A stretch of DNA of 64,000 nt from Lama guanicoe (lineage: Eukaryota), in NCBI GenBank assembly GCA_013239625.1, contig MU053574.1, positions 371,844 through 435,843 on the forward strand, read 5' to 3'. This document shows, piece after piece, positions 36,490 through 46,875 of the stretch. The stretch's first letter is position 1. Each line of letters starts with the position of its first letter. The notes below the pieces were generated by a model, which ran no database searches, had not been told where the DNA came from, and saw only the letters and a program-made list of their open reading frames with translations. The position numbers and the translations under genes are program-made.

Positions 36490-39315
36490 GTATGTATGGT
36501 GCTGCGCTCCATGGGAGGGTTGAAGATTCGTGTGACCGTGGTGGGCATTTTTTGTCTCCCAACGGCGATGTGCCTTGCAGCTGGCCCCACGGGGAGCGGA
36601 AACCCCGGGGGTTGCTTGGTGTGGCTGGTCTCTTTACCCGCCTGGTTTGTCACCTGACTGCCACAGAGAGCCGGCTGCCGCCGTGCAGAAGACTTGGCGA
36701 TTTGCTCACTAATAGTGGCAGCTGTTGATCTGAAAACGTGTGAATCTCGGCGATTTCTGTCCACCAGAAACTTGTAAATTACAGCTATCGGGAGTAATTA
36801 GAGCTGAGAAAGCCTTTCCGTGGCAGAATCATGCTACCTGCTTCCGCTCAGCTTTTTCTTAAATGAAAATAGCTGGGCTTGGACAGACTTTACTCGCTAT
36901 TGTCTGAAACTGTCATTCGGCCTGCAGTTCTCAGGGCCAGTTCCCTCGGCCTCAGGCTTCGCGGGCTTGGGTAGCTCCCTCCTCCAGCGCCGCTTGGACA
37001 TTTTCCGTGCATGCCTCTTGTGCTCTTTTGAAATTGAAAACTCACACCTTCAACGTCCCTGCTTCTCTGGGGACTCACTTCCCCCGAGTTGCTGCTCCCT
37101 CCTAAGATTAAAGTGCCTTCACTATTTGTGCCATGTCGGAAGAAGTAACTCAGTCCCCAGCCGGTTATTTGAGAAACCCCTGTGTATTCGGTAATGAAAT
37201 TGCACTATAAATTTAGGAATCCCACGAACACGCGCTGGGTAGGAACAAAGACGTGAGCCGTTTGAATGCCTGTCCGGGCCTCACTTACTGCGATGGCTCT
37301 TTAAGGAACTGTCACTCCAGACTGCTTTCTTTCCAAGTTGAGAGCCTGTGAGTGAGTGCAGCTTGGGTGTCTCTGAGCATCTGCAGGACGGCCGCCCGGC
37401 CACCTCCTGATCAGACTGTGCCGATTCTCACGTGCGCGCGCGCGTTTGCAAACGGACAGCGGTTCTGCCAACCCTCATCATTCGCATCTGAGGACAGACC
37501 CCTGGAATGCTTGCCTCCTCAGGAGCTCTGAGTCGACCAGGTAGCCCTTCTCTAGTCAGAGGCTTGTGTTTGCTATAAAACTTTAAATGCCAGGTTGAAA
37601 GTGACAGTGAGTCCGGGTAACCTGCTTAATGAAGAAATCTGCAGAATCCCACGGCCAGTGACACTCCTGGAGCCTGACCCCTTCCTGTCTCCTCTGTCCC
37701 CCTCTCCCTCTTGCTCCCTGTCCTTCAGCCAAACAGGCCCCTCTGGCAGCTCCTTGAAGGTGCTGTTCTTGCATTTTCTGGTTTTGGGGTCTTGGACCAT
37801 GCGTTCCCGCTGCCTGGGACACCCCACCCTGACTTCGACTCATCCCTTCTTATGTCTCAGCTTCAGTTTCTTTCTTTCAGGAAACAGAAGCCCGGGTTCT
37901 TCCCCACGGGCAGCCCCTGTGCATCCTGTATTTCTTTATCGCACTCATCGCCAGGGGTCTAGGTGTCTTCCCAGCAGGCCGTGAGCTGGTGAGCACGGGG
38001 ACTCGTGCAGTCCCGTCCCAGTGTTGGCCCAGGGCAGGCCTGCAGTGGGCTCTCGGTGTTTGTGGGTTAAATGGGTGGATGGCTGGGGCCCAAGAAACTC
38101 GGTGTTAAGAACCACCGATGTATGTCTTTTTCTGAAGACTGAGAGAGTCTGAGATGAATACATTTGCTCTTTGGGAGCGAGTTCACGTTTTCGCATGTAT
38201 GGGGTCATCTGAAGAGTGACTGTATCGAAACAGAAGGCACTAGGAACCTGGGTGTTGGAGTCTGGATTAGGATCGGAACAAAATGTTTCACTGTTGACCC
38301 TTAAGACGCTGAATTTACCCCTGGTGGGAAACAGTCGAGACTCCTAGTGTCTAAGTGCTACCACGTATTGCAGACACGGGTGAGCCTTCTGTCTCAAAGA
38401 AAGCTCCAGCTGTTTGAAGTGCCATGTTTTGTTTTGGTGTTTTTAGTGGCTTTACAGAAGAAAAGTTCCTTCTTCTGAAACGGAGGACTTCCCTTGTTCT
38501 GCCTGGCTGATACCTGCAGGCAGGTGATGTCAGCTCGGCGAAGAGCACCGCTGACTTGGCAGAGCACAGACCCCGTGCCCCTGCCCCTGCTGGTCCCGGG
38601 TGCCCATGACAAGCAAGCTCTCACTTGCCGCAGTCCGATTTCTCGAAACCCCTCGGTGCACGTTCACCTGCTGGTCCAGGTCACATCCGGGGGCCGAGCC
38701 TCTGCTGGTCTCATCTCTTTCTTTGTGCTGCTTGAAGATATTATTGAAAAAGACTGGGTGGGCGCTCATGTCCCTCCATTTCTGGAAGCGAGCCCAGGCT
38801 CCCCAGTGATGAGCTCTTCCTTCCCTCTCAGGGTCCCTTCTATTTCTGCCCTGACTGTCTGCCTCAGCCTGACACTTCGGGCGTCTGAGACCCGCTGGCT
38901 GTAATAGCTGGCGCTGGGGTCGGGGAAGTATTGTCACTTTGTGTCTTTTTCAGCAGCCTGTTGCTTGCCAGGCTCTGCAAGCTCTCCAGGAGCCTCCTTA
39001 GTGTTAATGAGCAATGGGGCCGCGTTCGGACAGGCAGATGGAGGACCTGCTTTTTCTTGAAAGGGGGGATCATGTTGTTAATTGTTGTGCGGGGATTTTC
39101 CCCCTTTGTTCCAGAGCTTCTGCCATTTTGATTTATCATCCCAAGATCCTTTTAACAAGACCAGGAGACCAAATGCCTTGTGTGAGAAGTTGGGAGTGTG
39201 GTGTGATCACAGAAAAGCTCACAACTACGCTGTTTCCTTTACTTCTAGAAAGTCCCTCCTCCAGCCCCATTTTCTTCCCCCTCCTTTGTATCTTTTCTGT
39301 CATAAGGAAAGCTAA

Positions 39316-39378
39316 GTGTGCGTGTGTGTGTGTGCATGCACGTGTCTGTGCGTGCGTGTGTGTGCGTGTGGGGGGGGG
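39316..39378 (+). repeat. Imperfect (TG)n/(TGCG)n microsatellite ending in a G run
   Basis: GTGTGCGTGTGTGTGTGTGCATGCACGTGTCTGTGCGTGCGTGTGTGTGCGTGTGGGGGGGGG read directly. Confidence 0.9.
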
Positions 39379-39393
39379 CGTTTCCTTTCATCT

Positions 39394-39484
39394 TTTTTTT
39401 TAGTTGAAGTACCATCAGTTACAACGTGTCAGTTTCTGGTGCACAGCACTATACCCCTCCCAGTCATGCACATACATACATATA
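39394..39484 (-). mobile_element. Very short truncated L1 tail with perfect target-site duplication
   Basis: Flanked by identical CCTTTCATCT at 39384-39393 and 39485-39494. Same family as the 31154 copy. Confidence 0.85.
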
Positions 39485-41084
39485 CCTTTCATCTGAATTA
39501 TAAACATCTTAAAAGCAAAGACCTTTTTAATTTCATGCAATCTTTTGGGACCTGCTACATGACTGTATACTGTGAGTTCTCGGTAAATGTGAGACCGTGG
39601 TGTCATGGATCTGGGCAGAGGTAAAAAGGCAGTTGGGCAGGAGAGACCAGTTTGTGAAGAGAAGTCTTTACACATTTGAAATGTAATTTTGTGTCCTCTA
39701 GAAAATTAGGTCTAAGAAGCAGCCAGGTTCAAAGCCCATTTTCCCAAATGGAATTAAGAAATCCAAAGCGTCAGATACAGGAGGTTGGATTATCTACAAA
39801 ATACTTCCTCCTGCTTGTGAAGCACTCACCCCGAGCCAAAGGGTTTTAAAACCATCGTTTCGTTGACAGGTTGGTAAAGAGAAACCGTGCTCCATGACTG
39901 GAGTATGTTGTTTCCAGGGTCCCTCTGGTTTCAGGCTGATGCATGGCCCTCCCTGGTTGTCCCCGGGTAGACGAGCGCAGGAGCCTTTCCCCAGCAAGGA
40001 GAGGCACGGTGGGCTCCCCCCGCGTCTGCCGGCCAAGTGCGCGTTGGAGTGTATTGTGGTTGTCCAGCACGTGCTCTTTCGGAAGATACCTGACGCACTG
40101 TGCTACTTCCCTCCACCTCTCTCTCTTTTTTTTTTTTTCTCTGCTTGAAACACGCTGCTATGTCTGTGCGGTTCTTAATTTCCTCTCCTCCCGGGGACTT
40201 TGCAGCATGCCAGGAGGCTGGGAGACAAAGGAGTGAGGCTGTGAGGGTCACAGAAACGCAGCTCGCCACCTGAAAGAGTCAGCTTTCTTGGTGTTCCCAG
40301 GGGTATGCGTTTTTAGGCGAAGTTTATCTTTTTCCACTTTTATTTCATCCGTGTTCATGGCAAGATCATTTGGAGATTGTTGGCTGTTTACCCGGTTACG
40401 CTAACTCATGTTGCCAGTTTTTGGCGGCTCCAGCCAAGATCTCGCGCCTCTGACAGCTTCTGCCCTCTCTCCTCCCTCCTCTGATCACGCAACCCAATCT
40501 GTCACCCGGCCGGCGGGGGCCTGTGCCCCGCTGATGGCCGCCCACACACGGCAGTAATGACTTCTGGCAGGCCGGGAAGGCGGCAGAGGCGCATTTGCTG
40601 CGTCCCTTGCTCAGAGAGCCGCAGGCCCCCTCTCCCTGTTAGTAAAAGCACTTTGTGAGGTTCTTGGGTAAATAAATGAGTCATTTTAATCCAACTGACA
40701 GGCTGGCACCTGAGCAAGCTGCCTTCCATCTGTACCCCTCGGTCTCATGGAGGCGGCCAATTGTCAGGCCCACGGCCCTCAAGGCCTCACTGTGGAGTGT
40801 CTTTCAGAACTGACTTTAGCGGTTCTTTCGTCCTAATTAGGTTAAAGGGATGTGGTTGGGTTGGATCTAAGTTCTGAGAGTGGGCAGAGAACTGAAGGCT
40901 TTGCCGCGTCTTCTACAGGCTGCGGTTTCCTGTAGATCTGGTGCCGTGGCTGCAGTGTCTGCGATGACGGAGCGCTCCCCGGCCTCTCCGTGGTCCTCGG
41001 CCTGCAGGGCGAGTGGGCTGTGGTAGGGGAGAGGCTTCTAAATCCCTGCCTCACTGCTTCTGTACCGGTTCATGAGGGATCGGA

Positions 41085-41260
41085 ACGCTCGGATTTGTAA
41101 TTCTCAAGACACTTTTCACACATGCTGTCTCCTTTGATCTTCACAGCAACTTGGCGAGATAAGTAAGTTACAGCTATTTTATAGGTGGACACACTGAGGC
41201 CCAGAGAGCTGAGCTGACCTGCCCAGGTTGGACAGTGCTGATGTGATGCTGGAGCTTGGT
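41085..41260 (-). mobile_element. MIR SINE
   Basis: TTTGATCTTCACAGCAAC...ATTTTATAGGTGGACACACTGAGGCCCAGAGAG...TGACCTGCCCAGG antisense MIR core. Confidence 0.75.
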
Positions 41261-42169
41261 TCTCTCTGTTCCTGCACCAGGAAGACGATTCCTCTCCCAT
41301 CCTCAGCGTAGCCGCCTCGGCCGGGACTGGGCAGGGGCACTTACAGAAGCAGCTGGGTTGAGTCCGAGCTGTGGCTGGTTGGCTGTGGTGAGGTTCCCCG
41401 CCCCGACACGAGGAGTCATGGAGACGGGAAGGTGTCTCAGCCAGGGGTCCTGAGCTCAGTCGCCCAAGTGGGAAAGAGAACCTTGAACAGTCCCAATGGG
41501 AGGCAGCTGCCATTCTCCCTGGCTTACCATGTCAGCGTGTTTGTACTCAGAGCGAGTTTCATGAACATCATATACTGTTTTAGCATTTTCTTGGTGTTTC
41601 TTAGTTGAATTTACTAAACTGATGAGCATTAAATTTTTTACCAAACTTGTCTGTAAAGCTCAGACAGCCCATTGTCTTCATGCATCTCCCACTGCAGAGC
41701 ACTTAAATAAAATAAATCATTTCTTAACAAGAGCTGAGCAGATTTAAGAACCCGTCAGTTTCTCTGAAGACAGTGACGGTGGTTAGCGGAGAACGCGGTT
41801 CCCGCTCCCTGAGAGAGCATTCTACATCGTGTTCCTAAAGCATCGGCTCTGGAACGTCAGCCTTCCGCTCTTAGGGCCCGTGGGAGCTGTCTGAAAGTGC
41901 TTCTGGGTGGTTGACACACTTTTAGTGCATGAAACTTCCACTTAACACTTAAAAATGAAGCCTCTAGCCACCGGGCAAAGGAGACCAGCGGGTCCCGGGT
42001 GTGATTCAGTCAGGGCGAAGGCAGACAAAGCCCGACCTGCCTGCAGTGGTCCTTCTGGGTGAGGTGGACGATGGGGGACAGCATCTGCCTCGGGTTCTGC
42101 CTCCGTCCCTGGAGGATAAGCACCAATTGTTTTAATGTGCTTCTTGCAGAACTTTGCGTGGGATTTTTT

Positions 42170-43110
42170 TTAAAAACACCTTAAATACATATAAATCCTC
42201 AGTGACACATTAAAGTGAGTGGGGGGAACTGTTCTTCACAGAAGAATGCCAGTTATACAATGGAAGGAATGAGAGACTTGGAAAGCCACCATTCTGTAGC
42301 CATTGGGACACAGACAGGCAGCATCAGAGGCTGCTAAAACCACTGGGCCAAAGGTTCTGGGAAACAGTCTCCAAGTTTCATTCCTAGCTTACTCGTTAAT
42401 CACAAAGGAGAAAGGTACCTTCACGACAGAGAGAGATGATGGGGGCCGCCTGCTCCAGTGACAGTGCATAGTGTCACTAGTGCAGGATAGACCGCCCTCG
42501 GTGTCCCCTGGTGTCACGTGCTGGGAGGCACCCCCCACCCTGATGTCTCTGCCAGAATTCTCCACCTGAATTTTACCAGGAGGAAACAATTAGAAAAATC
42601 CAGTTTCTGGGCTGTTCCTCAAGACACCTGGACTCTTCAAAAAATGGTGCTTATCAAAAAAAAGTCAGTGTTAAGGGCGGGATACTGTCTGCTCTAGGTT
42701 AGGGATGTCTGGGGGGTATTAAAAGAAAGTAGAATGCATGATCTGTGCTTCAGTCCTGAGTTAGGAAAGAAAAACCATCTTAGGTACAACTGGCGAGTTT
42801 GAATGTGGACGTATTGTTAGAAAAAACGATTATCTAACAGTAAATTTCTTAGGTGTGGCAGTGGTGCCGTGATTATGTAGAAGAAAGTCCTTTTATGTAG
42901 GCGGTACGTGCTAAAGTGTATAGCGGTAAAATGTCACAATAGTTGCAGCTTACTTTCCGATGGTTGAGAAAACCCTGTGCATATAGAGAACAAAAGCAGA
43001 CGTGCCCACGTTCAGCGGGTGATGCGTCCGCATGACGGATGTACGAGTGCTCATTATACTACCCTTCCCACTTTTCTGTACATTCATATTTTTCTAAATA
43101 AAAAGTTGGG
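42170..43110 (+). mobile_element. Old L1 (L1MC-like) 3' region
   Basis: CACAAAGGAGAAAGGTACCTTCAC, TAAATTTCTTAGGTGTGGCAGTGGT, terminal ACTTTTCTGTAC...TAAATAAAAAGTT. Confidence 0.7.
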
Positions 43111-44169
43111 GGGAAATAATATGCATTCATTGTTAAGAGAAAAACAAAGCAAACAGCACAGGAGAACGTAAGGGAGAAAAGCAGAAATCACCCCAGGTCC
43201 CTCTCCTTCGAGGTAACCAGAGTTGACAGCTTCGGTGGCCCTCCTTCCAGGTGTTGGTTCTCAGTTTATCTGTCGATCCGTCTGTCCATTTCCTTTTATC
43301 CATCGTCTACCGCGTGTCTTTTCTTTTTGTCACTCTCTTTTTCCCCTGGATTTTTTTGGTGGAAGAACGACCGTTTGCCCCTTAGAAGGCCCCACGGTCC
43401 GGATTTGGCTAATTGTGTCCTCACGGTGGTGGTTAGCCTGCTCCTGTCTCCCCGTATCTCCTCTGCACTAGCAGGTCTGGACACTTGTGTAGATTCCAGT
43501 TCAAGGGTTTTGTTTTTGTTTTGGCAAGAATATGTCATGGGCGATACTGCACTCGGGACTTCCTGTCACGTGACAGCTGTCATCTTTTTAGTTGTTCTAA
43601 GACACAGTCCCAGGGTCCGAATGATAAAGGTCCATTAAAGGAAGTCCACCTCCCGTCCTTGTCCCCTCCCCTCCATTCTCTTCTTTTCCCAGTAGGTCAC
43701 TATTTTTAGAGGCTTTGGGCTTTTCCCTCCATTATTTCTTTTTGAACTAAGAGCAGTTGTGTTTGTATTTCCCCCATTTCTTACACATAAGCATACTCTT
43801 CACACTCAAAATATACCCTAGATGTTTCCCCATGTCAGTACATCGGACCGTCTTCGTTCCTTTGGTAGCTGTGTGAACTCGATTATACCGAGTCAGTATT
43901 GCCTTGTGTTACTCAGCCGGTCTCCTGCTAGACGTTGGGGTTTTTGCCAGACGTACACTGTAAATGGTACCGAAATGAATAGCCTTGTGCATATGTCATT
44001 TTAAATTTTTGCCAGTGTCTCTTTGGAATGGATTCCTAGAAGGGAGATCGCTCTGGGTCAAAGGGCAAATGCCTGTGTGATTTTGCTGGATATTTCCAAA
44101 TTCGACACCCTCGGGATCTGTATTTTGCATTCCCACCAACAGCGTGTGAGGGACATAGCATCTTTTTTG

Positions 44170-44402
44170 ATGGTGGAGCAGTGTAATATAATACAGTCTT
44201 GGAGGAGTAAAGCAGACCTGGATTTGAGACCTATTTCTATTTCTTAGCTGTGTGTCCCTGGGCAAGTTACTCAGTCTCTCTGAACCTTGGTTTCTTCTCT
44301 GTCAAATGGGAGTAATAGTTGTTTGAGGGGTTATTTCAAAAAAGATAACACAGGTGAAATGCTCTGCCCAGCATCTGGTGCGTAGTGAGTGCTTAGTGCA
44401 CT
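44170..44402 (+). mobile_element. MIR SINE
   Basis: TAGCTGTGTGTCCCTGGGCAAGTTACTCAGTCTCTCTGAACCTTGGTTTC MIR core. Confidence 0.8.
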
Positions 44403-45165
44403 TTGGCTGCGTAGATTCTTGGCGTGACTTGTACTTGAAGGTGAATGTCAACTGTGCATTTATTGCTGAAGACTGGAAAATCCCCATTTTCTGGTCTCTC
44501 TGCCAGACTGGCCAGAAAGCAGACAGCAGTCTCTGTTCTATAGATAGTGACCAGCTGAAAAGAAAAAAGTACCTCCAGTGCTTTTATACTTCCGGTCTGC
44601 ATTGCTCAGTCTTTGGCTTGCGTTCTGGCTCAGCTGTCAGCAGAGGCGAGGCACCCCTCGCTCCTTCCTGCTCTCTCAGGCTAATCAGCCAGTCCTCAGA
44701 ACTTTGCAGCGCACCTCCACGACGGAACACCTTGGGCGATCTTCAGAAGCCCACCTCAAAGCACGTCGTTGTTAGGTGTGGCTGGTAGAGTGGGCTGGGG
44801 ACAGTGACCTGTGAATGCGTTCACCGTAAAGTAGGTTTTCAAATAAAATGGAAAACACGCCGTGACTGTTCAGACTTCTTCCATGGCACAGCTGATGGTG
44901 ACTTACTGCAGTTCTCGGGCTGAAGTGCAGATTTTGTTCTTTTGGGGAAGTGGGTTGGGAGGTTCTGTAGAACTTGCCCCGAAATTGGACTTTTACCCAC
45001 AGATGGACTTCAGTGGGTTCCTGAAGTTGTGTGCAAACGTGTGCACACAAGTCCATGCACGTTAGTGGGGGCTGAGCCCTCGTGGTTTGCATTAGCTCCT
45101 CAGAGCCGTGAGCCAAGAAAGGTTGAGGTGCTCAGTCCTAAGCCATATTCTTTTCTGTTTTGAAG

Positions 45166-45216
45166 GATGTTGCCGCTCGGGGCTTGGATCTCCCTCAAGT
45201 CACGTGGATTGTTCAG
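45166..45216 (+). CDS. DDX31: DDX31 exon 15
   Basis: TTGAAG|GAT ... CAG|GTAATT. 51 nt, DVAARGLDLPQVTWIVQ (motif V). Confidence 0.96.
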
Positions 45217-46735
45217 GTAATTTTTTTTCCTTTTTTCTTGGTTAAGGGATGAGCTTGAGGCAGGAGTATATATGATTGTGAGTAGCTGTATTGGCTTTAA
45301 GCAGGACAATTATTATGACCCTCTTGGGTGTTGCCCTGGTAACCAGGCAGCAACCAGTCTTACCTGCACAGTTCTGACATCTTGCCTCAACCCAGCCCAC
45401 CTAACTGCTGCAGTACAACCTCCATTCTGCAGTCGTGGGAGGGAGGGGCAGGCTCCCCTGCTCCCAGACTGATGCCTGTTCACACACAAAGTTTCGGCCA
45501 GCTGAAACTAACGGGAACTACCTGGGCCCCTGGGCGGCCTCGTCGCGTCCAGAAGGAGATGGCTCAGCTGTCCTGAGAGCTGTGACCATGCACGTTGACC
45601 TGCAGGGGCAATTACGTCCCTGACAGCATCTTACACAGACCTCTCGCCGTAGATGCTTTGCCGGAGGGTAGAGGTGTTAGCGCTGGAGTCTAGTGGCCTT
45701 AGTTTTGTTTTTTCTTTTCGTTAGTCTGCGGGACTGGTATTTTTAAGCCCTTCTGTGTGGGGGCCGGGGGGCAGGTGCCCTGTTTACGTGAGTCATGGTT
45801 TATTCACATTTTAGTGGGATTGCATGCCTGTCACTAGCTAGGAAGTCTGCTCTGCTCTCGCAGATGATCACTCTGCGACTAGAGGCATTGTGTCCTCTTT
45901 CCTGCTGGCCGCGGCACAAATTAAAAATAGGGAGGCAAGGATCGGTTTATTGTGCGGGAGGCCAGACACACAAAATCGATCATTTACAGCCGGCTTAGAG
46001 TCGTGGGTAACGGTCAGTTTAATGTGCCTGGCCCTCTGATCTTGGCCCTCTAATCATTGATTCATGTAGCAACAAAGAAAAAAAGGGAAGAGTGAATAGT
46101 TGGTCAGTTAGCCTTAATGATGGCGGCGTGATCACCACAGAGAACACCTGTTCTCAGTTCTTAAGTTTGCTCTTTTCCCGAGTCAGGAATACTGCCTGTG
46201 GGAGTGGAGGCACGAATGGGGCCTGCCTCTCAGCTGCCCTGCAGCTCTGCTCCGTTGGGGCGATAGGGACCTGATCCTGAGGGCCCAGGAGCAGAGGGAA
46301 CCTCCAGTGTCCTCTGTGGCCTCACCCCCACTCTGCTCGTCTACTGAGGAAGTAGGCCAAGGTCATGTGGTCGTCCCGCAGCAGCGCCCCCGCCCGCCTG
46401 CGTTTTCACCTTGCAGTCACCTCCGTGAAAAGATGCAAATGGGAAAATGAAGAGACCTGTGGAGAAGTAAAATTAACAGGGAGATACTGGGACGAGAAGA
46501 TGCCTCGTCTCTCTGAAACTTGGCCACTGTTCACATTCGCACGTCAGAGCCTTGTTATTTCCAGTGAAGCCAGGAGTTTCGGGGTTGAGAGACTTCGCCT
46601 CGTGATTGTGTTAGGGTAACCATAGCACCCGGGTTTAATTTTCGGGCTACCTGGAGGCAGGTGAGGGGTGTTGCACTTCCAATTAATGGCAGTCCCTTGA
46701 TCTGCGAATGCCTTCATTCTTGTTACCCTTTTTAG

Positions 46736-46875
46736 TACAACGCTCCGGCTTCACCTGCTGAATACATCCACCGGATTGGGAGAACGGCCCGGATTGGCTG
46801 CCGTGGGAGCAGCCTGCTCATTTTGGCTCCTTCAGAGGCAGAATATGTCAACTCGTTGGCTTCTCACAAAATCAA
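46736..46875 (+). CDS. DDX31: DDX31 exon 16
   Basis: TTTAG|TAC ... CAA|GTGAGT. 140 nt, [46 protein letters not shown](N): motif [10 protein letters not shown]. Confidence 0.97.
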
